A stretch of DNA of 64,000 nt from Paramecium tetraurelia (GCA_000165425.1 CT868540.1:1-64000); one strand, 5' to 3'. Positions 40,545 through 53,777 are shown, numbered from the stretch's first letter. A program made the numbers and translations. Notes: a model not told the origin generated them from the letters alone.

Positions 40545-41984
40545 ATTCTCTGATCTCATTATATTAAGGTTCTACTTTTATGGTCTGAGGAATTTAAATT
40601 TGGAAATCCTATTATAAAATTAATGAATTATAAGCCAACCCAAACTCCTTTGGCATTTCTAAAATTAGCATTTGAACATCAGGTAACCTAATGAATTATT
40701 AATATGCTAATGATGTTGAAATTCTCGAATCTGGATCTACTTCTAAGCATTAATTCAAAAGCATCATAAAATCTATGCTTAAGAATTAGCTTGCTTGGGT
40801 TTTCCTTTCACTTAATAATTCAAAATTGATAGAATTATTGACATAGCAATCATCCATACTTTTCATGATTGAATATTAAATCATTTGTATAGCAAGAGTA
40901 AACAAACAAGAATTTAATCTAGCCTGGTCATTCCCAGTATTGATTTCCTAAAATTAGAAATTATTAGAATATACACTTGCAATTGTTCAGGTGCTAGGTA
41001 ATATTTAATGTTATTTGATCTTCTTATTATTTTTGAGTATATCTTCTTACTTTAAGCACTGAAAAATATAAATTAATGTTATTACATATCCTCTAGAACT
41101 TGTTGCATGGGGGATCTTCTTGGATAGAATGAGGGATCTAGAAGCTTTATGGTTCCAGTTTGAGTTAGATACACTTCATTTAAATCAATGAATGATGGAT
41201 TAATGCCCTAAGTTTACAAGTAATTGATTCCAGACAAAATTGCTAGAAAATAAGCAAGCAATTCCTTTTAAGAGAAATAATTCTCCATCTTCATACGATA
41301 TTAAAACTCTTGTTGGAATGAATCCAATATATAATCATAAAATAAATAGGTTCTGTATTATTTACTAAAAAATCCGTCTACTTATCTTTGTAACAGTACT
41401 AAATTCAATTTGATATAGCCTTACATTATAATTATAATATATGAGGAAATCGTTGTTTCAATCTTGGAATCCATTCAGCAGCCAATTACTTTGCCATCGA
41501 TTTATTTGAATGATCAATGATTTTCTCTGCAAACATGATCGGATTATGTAACTCTGAGGATCTACTATTAATAAAAGATAATACGGATGTAGGGTGTTCT
41601 CTTTGAGTACATGAACATTTCCATAACAAAACATTTGTTATTCTCCAAGATAATCAAAATTCTAAAGAATTTCAAAGAGCTCTTAAGGAATCTGATCTTA
41701 GATAAGGAAAGGGTTTGTGCAGCGAAACTAACAATTGCACATTTCACCACAACATTATTAATAGCAATTCTAACATAGAGAACATTTGATGTTCAATTTA
41801 ATACATAGAGTCTTCATTAAATCACATATCGTTTGGCAACAGGGAACCAAACATTGCTTCATTGAAATTAAACATGATTAACACCCTAATTCATTAGATG
41901 ATCATTACCTAAATTACAATGGTAACAGCATCTTTTACAACCTGTGAAACAAAGTTGAAAGGGAAGAGTTTTATTTTGATTCAT
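39715..41984 (-). CDS. Cys-rich N-terminus + pseudokinase domain + C-terminal MORN repeats
   Basis: MNQNKTLPFQLCFTGCKRCCYHC...; kinase-like GINYLQ...GTIKLLDP and YYLAPEQL without HRD/DFG; YDGEWKEDEYHGQG MORN units. Confidence 0.75.
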
Positions 41985-42013
41985 TTCAAATAAATAATAT
42001 TGTTAAATAATGC

Positions 42014-42316
42014 TCATTATTTCTATTTTTTGACTTCATTCTTGCAAGCAGATATCAAGACTTCTTCTTACAATTCTTCTTGTGGAATATGTACATATTT
42101 CACTGTGGATCCTCTGATGAAACTATTTTTTAGAGTTATTAGTTAAGGTTGTTTAACAGGATCAGATACCTCTGGATCAACTAAGTTGAAATTTAGGTTA
42201 TCATCTACATATGTAATTTATCCTTGAATTTATAATCCATTTTTCAACTCAATGGTTACGCTAACACACCGTTCAATTAATCCTCTAAAATAGGTTTGAA
42301 AAAATTAACTCTACAT
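42014..42316 (-). CDS. LSM2: U6 snRNA-associated Sm-like protein LSm2
   Basis: FFQTYFRGLI..VTIELKNGLQIQGQITYVDDNLNFNL..FIRGSTVKYVHIP. Confidence 0.85.
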
Positions 42317-42442
42317 TAATATATATTATTTAATAATTATTTGGAATTCAATATAATATTTAGTTGTTAACTTATTTTTATCATTTTTATATACAAAGAT
42401 TGTATAAATTGCAGTTTAATAACAATATACATTTAATCAAAT

Positions 42443-42757
42443 TCATATACAAATCGAAAAAATTCTTGTAGGTGATTGAGAGCACTTCAAGATTGAGGTT
42501 GATCTATTTCTTTCATCCTTTAATATTGGGTTGACCCAACCAACATTTGGTTACCCTTTCAATTTTAAAATTGTTTTTTATATGTTAGTAACATTTTGAT
42601 TAGGTTTATATGTACAAACAATCAAATTTTCATTAAATGAAATTTTGGATTATTCTAATTCCAAGTCGTCTGGCTCATCCTCAACAATCGCCATTTTGTG
42701 ATGAACACTTAATGGAGTCATAGGGTTCAACTTGAAATTTGGAGATTAAGCAATCAT
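42443..42757 (-). CDS. Small hypothetical protein with RVxF-like motif
   Basis: MIAQSPNFKLNPMTPL...SKISFNENLIVCTYKPNQ...; ATG to TGA, about 104 aa. Confidence 0.55.
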
Positions 42758-43365
42758 TAATAATAACTTTTAATTTATAGATTTGAAATATAAAACGATA
42801 TAAATTGAAAATCCTGTTAATGCGTAGCAAATGATAAATCATCATTTTAATACTCTTTATTTTTTTATGGATAATATATCTTAGATAACTAATTTGCGCC
42901 AATTTCTTAATCAACTTACTAAATATTAATCAACTCTAAGCCTATCCTCAATTCATTGACCTCAATTTGGGTATGAAAAACCCATAATTTCTAAAAATAG
43001 TGTACAATTTTATTTACTTCCTATACTCCAAATATACCCTCACGCCTTCTATAGAATTTAAAGACAATCTATAACTATCCTGTGTTCAAATTTTCTATTG
43101 AGAAAGAAGAAAAGTGCAAACAAAAAACATAAGTCCATTTATTTTTTAATATATTAACATTAAATTACTTTTTTATAAGCAATTGCAATTACATTTGTCA
43201 AGTTTGGCTGAAACTTTGGTTTCTGATGATGATCGAAATTTTGCTTAGTCCAAATATAGATATGATGCTATGACTTACAATCTATATAATGATGTAGAAT
43301 GGACTTTGAATTATTTAAAAAATTAATCAAGCATTTATTATTAATTATAAAAAATACATATAAAA

Positions 43366-43850
43366 ATGAATAATGGTCTAGAGGATGATGATCAGGAAAT
43401 CCTATTATTGCAATTATAACAAAAGGGTAGATAATTGGAATAAGAAAATTTTAAACTAAGAAAAGAATTAGCTAATATAAGAGGTGCATTGAAATTTGAT
43501 TGTATATTGTTATTCTATCAATAAGTTATTAGAATGGAAGTGATTAAAAAGGTTCCAGATAATAATCAAGACAAAATATAAATTAAATATGTTTTGACTC
43601 ACTCTAATCAGATAGCAAAAAGAGAGGCTTAAGTTATATTTCAAGAATAGCCAAAATAATTCATTCTTTATGGATCAGGTTATAATTCAGATTCATAACA
43701 TGTGAATGAATTCTAAATCTTTTCTTATAATGTATAGCTGAATGATGAATTATAAGAAAACCCAAATATCATTGCTACCGATTAAAAAATAGAAATTATC
43801 TTTGAAAAGCGAAACCAAAAAAATAAATAATTTATTTAATTAAACAAATG
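43366..43850 (+). CDS. Small hypothetical coiled-coil protein
   Basis: MNNGLEDDDQEILLLQ...ENFKLRKELANI; one intron. Confidence 0.5.
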
Positions 43851-43961
43851 ATCTTATTATTACTCTATTCTATTTAGTTTGAATAATGAAGTGTTCAAAT
43901 TGTGATATCATATTAAAAAATCAGAAATTAAATATATATTTATTAATAAAATTATAACGGA

Positions 43962-45467
43962 ATGATTTCCCCAAGAGTTTAAGGCTCTAGTTTTACGCCA
44001 ATCAACACTTCCAATGTCTTTACCTCAACTATCAATGAAGATGCTTAAAACACTAGTTTCTCATCTTATCATGTAACTCCAAGGTAGGGAGCCACTCCAA
44101 GATAATTATCAAGAATTCAAGAAAATAATGAATGTGAAGATTCTAAAATAACAGACACTGATCCTTAAACTTATAGAGAAGTTATTAAAGAATTGTCAAC
44201 CTAACTTTAAATGGCGATATTAGAAAATCGATAATTAAAAGATAAAATTAATGTCCTTGAAGAAGAACATAATGAGAGCTTTTAGATAGTCAATATATAA
44301 AATCAAGCACTTTAAGATAGTAATTTCACATTATAGGAAAAAATTAACAATTTATTTTCAGAAATATAATAAATGCAACTCTAATTAGAATAGAAAGATT
44401 AAAAACTAAAAGAGGCTAGAGAAAATAATTTATTTTAAAATTAATCATCTGATAAAATGACTCATTTAATAGATGAAAATTAGAAATTAATAAAAATCAT
44501 TGAAACTTAACAATAAGAAATCAATATCTAAAAAGATGTTATTAAATAGTTTGAAAAAGCATTTTAAGATGCAAAAGGAAAAGCTGAACAAGACGCTACA
44601 GAAAAGTTAAATCACAAAAGTAAGGAAGTTGAATAATTCAAACATGAAATTGAAGGATTGACTTAATAATAGCAATAATACAAAGAATAAATTATGCTCT
44701 GGAGTTAAAGATATTAATCTCTGGATCAAAATTACTAAATTTAGTACTAAGATTTATTTTAGAAGTTTAATATTAGTTAGAATCAACTTGCTGAACTATA
44801 AAATATTTATCAAACCTATGCGGATAATTCTTAAAGAAAAATATCATAATTAGTTCAAGAATTAGACAATGCGAAAGTTGGAACAATAAAAAAATAATAA
44901 ACTTTAAAAATAAAAGCCTTAGAAGACAGGATTGACGAATTAGAGGAACAATTATAAATTAAAAAGAATCAAATCTTAAAACTTAAGGAAGAATTGATGG
45001 AATATCAGAATATTCAAAAGTTGACAAAACAATAAAGAGATACAGATATCATTGCAGATAAACGAGGTATGAATATTATTATGTCTTAAGTTGTTGAAGA
45101 TTAGATATAAGAGAAGTACGAATAGAGAATACGTTAATTAGAAGATAAACTTGTTTAATAGGAACAGTAAATTTTGATAACATAACAACAGCAATAATAA
45201 TAATAATCATTACAATAATAATAATAACCTTTGTTGTAATAATAATATTAGAGTTTACCATAATAATAATCAATAGCTTTAGCTTAATAATAATAATAAT
45301 AATTATATGAACACAACTATTATGCCAGAACAAATGAAAATAAAAAATTACAATTATTTTCTGAGAGAAAAGATAACTTAAGAATGTTTTATAGTTTTGC
45401 AAAAGAAAATTAATAGATAGAAAATAAATATCCTAGAACTGCTTTAAATTACGGAAATAATTATTGA
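43962..45467 (+). CDS. Hypothetical Gln-rich coiled-coil protein
   Basis: MISPRV...; long heptad region; poly-Gln encoded by (TAA)n near 45180-45305. Confidence 0.65.
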
Positions 45468-45819
45468 TATTATACAAAAACAATTCAAATTATTACTTTA
45501 TTTTTAAAATTTCCTAAATTTTTGATTTTTTAAATACAGACATTCATAATAAATTTGCTTGATATAATTCTTTTACTGAGTTCCTTTAAAAAAACCTTTT
45601 TTAATTAACACTAGATAATCTAAATTTAAAGATTATTAAATTTTTGATCTTCTTCTAAATTAATTCTATAATCTAAAAGTTAGAATTAATGTAGTGTTTC
45701 TAATATTCTTTTTATGAGATCGTTTATAATTTACATGATCTCAGATAGACTTCAGTTGTAATTATATATTCATCATATGGATTGACAATATTTTGATATA
45801 AATTTTACTTAGCCCAAAA

Positions 45820-46653
45820 ATGATTGTGGAAACAATTTATTGAGCTAGTTTTGCAATATTTTTTAAGAGTATCACTATAATAATTATAATTATTTTTATA
45901 ATTGAAATGTAATAGTTAATTTACAACAGTCTAAGGCAGGATGTTTAATCGATTGATCATTCAAATTATAGTAATACTCAAATAAATTAAATATATAATT
46001 AATTTTCAACTAAAATATAAGCCTTATTAGAATATAGATTGTATGATTAGGCAATTGAAAGAGTGATGAGAAATAAATAATAAGTTTAGGAAAATTTTTA
46101 TTTATATAATTGTATTTTCATTTCAATATTGTAATGAGTGTAGTTATTTAATTCTTTTAAATAACAAAAATTTTCATTAGAAATTATCAAGTTGTCATTT
46201 AAATTCGAGATATAATTAGATATTCATTAAGATCAATAATTGATCATTTTAAATAATACTATTTAGAAGCCTTACTTAAATTGATTGGTATTCAAGAAGT
46301 AATAAAAGAAACAAAAATATTTTTAATGAATGAACAAGAAAGGTAAAATCAAATAATAATTTATTAATTCATAGATTATCTAAGATGAATTATATTTGAA
46401 TGAAAATAGAAAAAAGGATAAATTCATTAAGTAAACTAACTACACAATCAAGCTCAAGGGCATCACAATCAGTAGTAAACAATAGAAATTCTTAAACTTA
46501 AACAAAATCATTTTTCAAAAATAATTGGACTAAAGCTTTTTTATTGGCTTTAGTTTTATTTATAATGTTATGCTGTTCATTAAAAAAGAGAAATGATATG
46601 AAATATATAATTGAAAAATTGAAAAAGGGAATAAAATTATTTTAAATCTATGA
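45820..46653 (+). CDS. Possible C-terminally membrane-anchored protein (boundaries uncertain, may be degenerate)
   Basis: Coding-like segments ending in WTKAFLLALVLFIMLCCSLKKR; start not resolved. Confidence 0.3.
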
Positions 46654-47535
46654 TTTGATATTTACGTATTAGTTTTAGAACAATGTAAATTGATTTACAA
46701 TAATCATAAATTATCGAATTTAATATTGTTGTATATAGCATTTAAAATAAATTATTATTAAATTAATATTTAGATTTGTACTCTGCAAAAATACTATCAT
46801 AAAAATACGTTGTACCAAATTTATGGATCATATTTAAACAAAAGGAGTTACTTCAGAAAGAATATATTAGAGGATTTAATTGAGAATCAGTAAGTTAATT
46901 CTAATCACTAACCAAAAATTGTATATCTTAGAAAAAATTAATGAATTTTTATGCATATAATTATTGCTATCAAATCAGATCTTTCTAACTCATTCTTTAA
47001 AAATGCCATCTTTATTAACCACTGTTCCAATTTAAGTATCTATATCATGTAGTAATGAAAATCGCTTGCTCTAAGTAATATTTAGGGGCATTTTTGCATT
47101 AATTCATAAATTACAATTATGATTAATTATACAATAGAATTTAGTTTCAATGATATATAAATTTATAATATTTGTATTCTAATTAACACCTTTTCATTAG
47201 AATTAGGAGAGATAACCAAAAAATTAATCTAAAACATATTATATTAGTCAGAAAAAAGCACAAGTAGTAATTAATTTTTGCGATATCATTTATTTAAGAT
47301 AGGCTAAGAACATGTGTTTAGAGGAGAAATTATTTTCTCTTTAATTACAAAAACTACTGTTTAATAGAATTACAACTACTGGGTTGATCATTTTTTAGCA
47401 ATATTAAAAATAATCACTTTCTTGTTGATTACTCTCTTACAAAAATAATTACTTTTTGATTATTATAAATATTGTAAAAACTAAAACTATATTATTGATT
47501 TTAGAAATGTAGAAATTCTATATGAATAATGGTCT

Positions 47536-47582
47536 TTTTTATGAATTACTATTTCGATGTTTTTATGAATTACTATTTCGAT
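47536..47582. repeat. 24-nt tandem duplication upstream of the Piwi gene
   Basis: TTTTTATGAATTACTATTTCGAT present twice with period 24. Confidence 0.9.
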
Positions 47583-47745
47583 CTGAAATTGATTAAATTA
47601 ATCATCAAAATAAATTTATAAAATTAGTTGTTGTATTCATAAACAAGAATCCTAATTATTATAGAACATAAATGTAAAATCCTTGGTTTTTTTATCAAAT
47701 ATATTCATGTTAGTATTTGGACTTTTTGCATTATATATAATTGCT

Positions 47746-50188
47746 ATGATTGAGAGAGGGTAAACAGTTTTCACCAATTTCTACTAAATACAAATAAATC
47801 CAAAAAGCCACATCTATAGATATTAAGTAATAAATATATGAATGATCATTATTAGATTATATTTTAACCTACCATAACACCGGAATAACAGATTTCTAAA
47901 TGGAGAGATATTTTTAAGGCAGCTAAGACAGGATTATAAGAAAACCTCAAGGTTTTTATAACTAATAATTAAATATTATACTCCCCAGTGAGAGCTTAAA
48001 CGATGGGATTGATTCTAGGAATATATGAAGAAGAAGGAACCAGCTATACTATATCTATAGAAGAAAAAGCCGTTCTTAAACCTGGAGAACCTGAATACAC
48101 TGGATTAATTGGAAGATTCTTTAAAATGCTGTTAAAGTAGTAAAAGTTACTGCAAATTGGTCGAAAGTACTTTAATACTAAGAATTTAATAAATTTTGAT
48201 TAATTTGGTCTCAAAGTATTTTATTCTAATTTAATTTAGGTTTTACCTGGAGTGACATGTAGCCTAATAAAATAGGAGGAATTAGGTAAGTATTACATAA
48301 ATATTGATTCCTCCTTTAAAATGTTAAGGTGTACTACTATGTATGAAGAATTGCGCAACTCTAGGGATTATTCTTTAATAGAAGGAGCCATTATTATGAC
48401 AGTGTATAATTATAAATTTTACAGGGTGAATAAGATAAACAGAGAAATGAATCCTAAAAGCGAGTTTGAAAATTAGAATGGATCAAAAATGAGTTATATG
48501 TAATATTATTCTGAAAAGTATCTTAATTTGTGATATGTAGGTATAAAATCAATATCAAAGACACGACTTAACCTTTAATTGAAGTCTTAGAGAAATCAAG
48601 AAAAAAATAGGAAGAGAAAATTATTTATTTAATCCCTGAATTATGTGTGCTAACAGGATTATCAAATGAAATGAGAAACAACTTTTAAACTATGAAATAA
48701 TTATCTACAGTAACTAAACCAAGAGGTGTTGATAGAGTCAAATAAGCTGATCAATTCATTCAATGTTTTCATAATAAGGAAAGCGAAGAACTCATTAAGA
48801 AGTGGAATATTTAACTTGAATCTAAATGTCTACAAATATAGAGTTCTAAAGTCAAACCTGGTAATATTATAATGGGAAATAACACCTAAATAAATATAGA
48901 GACAGGCAATTTGGACAGAGACACTTAAACTGCTATGTTAAGAGGAGTAGGCTTAGAGAATTGGGCCATCTTGTACGGTGATAGAGATTCGAGGTAAGCT
49001 GAAGATTTCATGTCATGTTTGAGAGAGAGTATTGAATATTGTAAATTCTAATGCAAAGCTCCAAGAACATTTACTATCCATTCAAGTAGAATTGAAGATT
49101 GGATTAAACAAATTGATTTTATAGTCTAATAATCACAAGGTCCATAAAAAGTAACCCTCTTATTATTAATTTTAAATGGCCCAAAAAAGAATGCTCCTTT
49201 ATACACAGATCTAAAAAGATATTTAATTAATGATTGTCCTATAGCATCTTAAGTAATATTAAGTTCTACATTAAATTAACCAAAAGGAAAAGTGAAAACA
49301 ATTTGTAATAAATTGTTGGTTTAAATTTGCGCTAAGGTAGGAGGAACTCCTTGGGGAATTTCAGATTTGCCATTCACTGATCAACCAACAATGATTTGTG
49401 GAATGGATGTTTATCATTCTACAGCTAAAGGAAGAAAGTCAATGTTATCATTTGTTTCGACTGAAGATGAATTCTTTAGTAAATACATGACGTAATCTAT
49501 TGAAATGGATAGTGGGGTTGAGTTTTCATTTAGTTTATGCCCTATTCTGGTAAAATCTTTGGAGTCCTTCACAAGTGACAACAGGACACCTCTTCCTTCT
49601 AGAATCATAATCTTTAGAGATGGTGTTTCAAATTCATAAGCAAAAACTGTGATTGAAACAGAAGTTGCCTAATTTAGACAGGCGATTGAATAAGTAAAGA
49701 AGGCAAAAAATCATAATAAACCAATTAAATTGGTTGTCCTTTCTGTTAACAAGAAAGTAGGAGCAAAATTCTATGCTGGAGAAAGGTAAAATGTTATCAT
49801 AATAATTAGAAACTTGGACAATCCATCATAAGGAACTTTGATTGACAGTGAAATTTGTAATGGGAAAGATGGCTTTTATTTGATTGCTTAAAAAACCACC
49901 TAAGGGACTGTGTAGCCTACATATTATCATGTTTTAGTGAATGATTTGATTGATGAACCGAACATTACAAACAAATTGCAGGCTCTAGCTTATAAACTTT
50001 GTTACATGTATTACAATTTTAGTGGGGCAATAAAAGTAACTGTTATTATATTCTAGATTCCTGCCCCAATCTAATATGCTCATGTTTGTTCTAACTTTAT
50101 TGGAGATAGATTTGATCCTCGTAAGCCATAGACTCTTATTAGGCCAAACCAAATATTAAATCAAAGAAGATCCCTCTTCTTTATATGA
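47746..50188 (+). CDS. Piwi-clade Argonaute (Ptiwi family), N-PAZ-MID-PIWI
   Basis: TNFYQI, PAZ (YLIPELCVLTG), QICAKVGGTPW, ICGMDVYH, RIIIFRDGVS, GTVQPTYYHV, IPAPIQYAH, C-terminal LFFI; paralog number not assignable by eye. Confidence 0.96.
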
Positions 50189-50241
50189 AATATATTAATA
50201 AATCCATTAAAATACATAGGATCAATTCTAAAATATAATTA

Positions 50242-50702
50242 ATGAAAAATTTAATTAAAAGCAATCATCAAAAAAATGAAATAGCACAAAGTGAAAAGTT
50301 TTTACGCGATCTTGAATTGTATTAAAAAATATTTCTCACAACAAAATATGAAAATAAAAAATAATAATCAATATCAATTCGTAGACTTTTACCAAACAAA
50401 CAATATTCGTAGCATCAATAATAATCATAATAATTATTTAGTAATCCTAGTCTTTAGTGTTTTAATACTTAATTAGATCAAGAAACTAATTATTCTCGTC
50501 ATCAGAATTAAGTATGTATTCAAAGAGAAGTTAGGAAAGAAGAAGAAAAAAGATTGCTATCTCGATGATTGATTGCTCCAGAATTTTCAAAATTTCAAAC
50601 AAAACTTAATATCCACCTTAAACCAAACCACTTCAATCCTTAATGCAGAAGATTGTGATAATAAACCATCAAGGTCGCCCATAAACTTATTATATGAAAT
50701 GA
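50242..50702 (+). CDS. Small hypothetical protein
   Basis: Open frame once a 23-nt GTA..TAG intron near 50512 is removed. Confidence 0.45.
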
Positions 50703-50724
50703 TATATTTATAATTTTATTGTAT

Positions 50725-52382
50725 TCACAATATTCTTTCAAATTCATGTTCCAAAATTAATGATTTTACAGTATGAGGTGATATTGAGATTAAAGTATGT
50801 ATCTTTTTTGCCTATTATAATATATCAGCAAACCAAGCATTCGAGGTTTGAATATTCCATGGAGTTGCTCCAATTTTTAGTAACATCTTAAATGATTCTT
50901 CACTTTAAGCCTCAACTGCATACCATAACGGATTTCTGTTCATGAAATCTTTTGCTTCATAATCAGCTCCACACTATAACAAATATTACAATAAAGTAGA
51001 GTTTCCTTTTGAAGCAGCAATATGCAAACACGTCTATCCTAAATGATTAAATTCAAATAATAAGTTTCTATTAAATTTTATTAAATTTTTTATTTCTACC
51101 ATATTATTATATTTTATATATCTGAGAAATATAAAAGATCCGTCTATCTGAAATGGTTATGATGGAAATTGAAAGTTACTCATTTCCTATAATGAGATTT
51201 TACATCTATTCATTTTTTAGAGCCACGATAATAATTTTTGACATAAATACTACCTCCTTTATTTTTTTTTTTCCTGTATTTGTTCATCATCCAGCTTCAT
51301 AAAAACCTTTTTCTATTTGATTCTTTTTTTATTTGAACTAATTATTGATATTTAAGTTACTTGATATTCTTCCATCTAGTCAATAATATATGTAACAGTT
51401 CTTCATCAATTTTTTTATGAGTTTAATTGAATAGCAATAATTATTAACCTGAAGTGTTTTCTATAATATTTTATTAGGAAGTATGATTCGAACCAACAAG
51501 GGAAATTTTTTGAGATAGTTTTCTTGTTGAATTTTATTATAATTGCCCTTTCAGTGGTGAACCCTATTATTACTATTATTTAGAAGGATTCTTTATAAAT
51601 AATTAGTTTATTTTGATATCAAATTGTTCATTATTATTATTGTTATTAGGATATTGATTTAAACTTGATGTTGAGCTCATTCTTTAAGAAGTTCCAGGTC
51701 TTGATATTTTCTGTAATTGTTCAACCTATTTTTATGCCTCTAATAATTTTTCTTAAATATATTTTTTATTTTTATTTGAGTCCTACTAATATTTAATGTA
51801 TTTCAATAAATCTTAATCCCTTTTTTTCTATAACTCAGTTTTTTAATCAATTCCCTGTATTGCCTTGACATTCTCATAAATTTTTCTATATATTTATTCT
51901 CTTCTCTCATTTAAAACTGTTTCAATTTGCTCCTCTTCTTCTTCGCAATTTTGATATCTACCAGTATAGGTTAAAAGTAGCTGCTATTCTAACTTTTTCA
52001 AATCATTGATCTCCTCATTAATATTTTTCTTTTTAGTTTGTCTTTGAATTTCTTATTGCCGAAGTATCAATTCTTCTGTTCCGTCTGTTACTCTAATTTC
52101 TTTTTTTTTACTCATAGGCATTTCATTAATTGACTCTATTTTAACTTCTTCTATTTCTGGTTTAAATGAATGCTACTTAATTATTGTTCTCTGCTTATGA
52201 TAAGATTTCTATTTTTTCAAACCTTCCACTTGTGTAATTGATTTTAAAAGGCGTTTTGGTAATTTGATAATCTTTTTGGTAGGAGTCAAAGGTCGAGTGT
52301 TAATTCTCAAATCAATATTCAATTAGCCTTAATTTTTTAGTGATATAAATGCTTATAAAGTTTTTTCATTTAATAAATTCAT
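50725..52382 (-). CDS. Protein with C-terminal ankyrin repeats
   Basis: LGQTCLHIAASKGN...LLQCGADYEAKDFMNRNPLWYAV...LLKIGATPW. Confidence 0.82.
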
Positions 52383-52949
52383 TATTCAAAATAAAGTCTA
52401 TTGCTTAGTGATATTTTTTAAAGAAATTTATTGTTAAATCGATATTAATTTTCATTTTGTAGGATTTTTACAATATTCTCTATAATTTTATGTTTTTCAT
52501 TATTTAATGGTGATTTTAAATTGATAAATTTTTTTTTTAGGAAATCCTTTGACATTTAGCTTAAAATTATTATTCCTATCATAGGGTTATATGAATAACA
52601 CTCAAAAATGATAGTGATATGAGATTCTTTAAGCAAACTACAGGCAGCGAAGAAAAATCAAAATTGTTGTATTTAGATAACTATTAAATCGGCTCGAAAT
52701 AATTTATATAAAAATGGAAAATTACTTAGGAGTGATGAACAATAAATAAATAACCTTTTTGTAAATCAAAAAAACTAAAGTAGATCAATAAATCCCTCGT
52801 TTGATGAACTATATAAAAAAATACATTTTGTATTATATCCTTTTATTACAATAATAAATGAATTTAATAGCTTGAATGAAAATTGAAGTAATTAATATTA
52901 GATAATAATTAAAAGAATATATCTAACTGATGAATTCAAAATATGAATT

Positions 52950-53099
52950 NNNNNNNNNNNNNNNNNNNNNNNNNNNNNNNNNNNNNNNNNNNNNNNNNNN
53001 NNNNNNNNNNNNNNNNNNNNNNNNNNNNNNNNNNNNNNNNNNNNNNNNNNNNNNNNNNNNNNNNNNNNNNNNNNNNNNNNNNNNNNNNNNNNNNNNNNN
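52950..53099. other. Assembly gap (150 N)
   Basis: Run of N. Confidence 1.
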
Positions 53100-53378
53100 A
53101 TCTGTTTAATTTCAATCAAAATTTCAAGAAATAATAAACATAATATGAATGCTTAATAATTTGATTAATTTCAATAAAATTTGGAATAAAATAATAAACA
53201 TAAGTATGAAGAAGTAAAATAAATAAAATAATTTCAAGATAAATTTAATTATATAATAGAAATAAATATATATAAAATATAAATTATTATGAATTATATT
53301 AACATATTTCCCAAAAATATCACTCGCTAATTATACGATACTGGGCAATATTTAATATAAAAGTATTCTTTTTATTTC

Positions 53379-53777
53379 TCATCTCCTCTTCCAAATAGCT
53401 TTGAATTTTTCGACTATTTGATTGATCTTTGCCTTTAAGAATCTAAATTTAGTTATTACTACTAAATCTCCATCTAACAATTAATCATCATCCAAAGAAA
53501 ATGTTTGTATCGCCCAAAAATCCAGTTTAGATCCAATAATTTGACTTTATATTGTCTTGAATAAATATCTGTTAGCAAAATGTAGTTTGCTGTAATTAGT
53601 ATTACTATCCTTTAATTTAAGGAGAGTAAGTCATGGTTGTTTCAGATTTTGTGATTGAAGGTGAGAAGGATCTATCTTTATCACTTTTAAGTGCTGTAAT
53701 TCTATTAACTAAAAAGAACCATTAAGAATAGTATCAATGATTTCTTGATCTTCTTCAGGATCCATGTAATTAGTCAT
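53379..53777 (-). CDS. Small hypothetical protein or pseudogene
   Basis: MTNYMDPEEDQEIIDTILN followed by a protein-like frame ending KFKAIWKRR-TGA; the junction between them is not cleanly resolved. Confidence 0.35.

Noticed and set aside
45079..45402. Ile-rich minus ORF and (TAA)n microsatellite-like runs
   Set aside because: Shadow of coding poly-Gln on the plus strand
51484..51495. TTCGAACC as a tRNA T-loop
   Set aside because: Inside the ankyrin gene; no cloverleaf
52898..53134. ORFs spanning X residues
   Set aside because: Artefacts of the N gap
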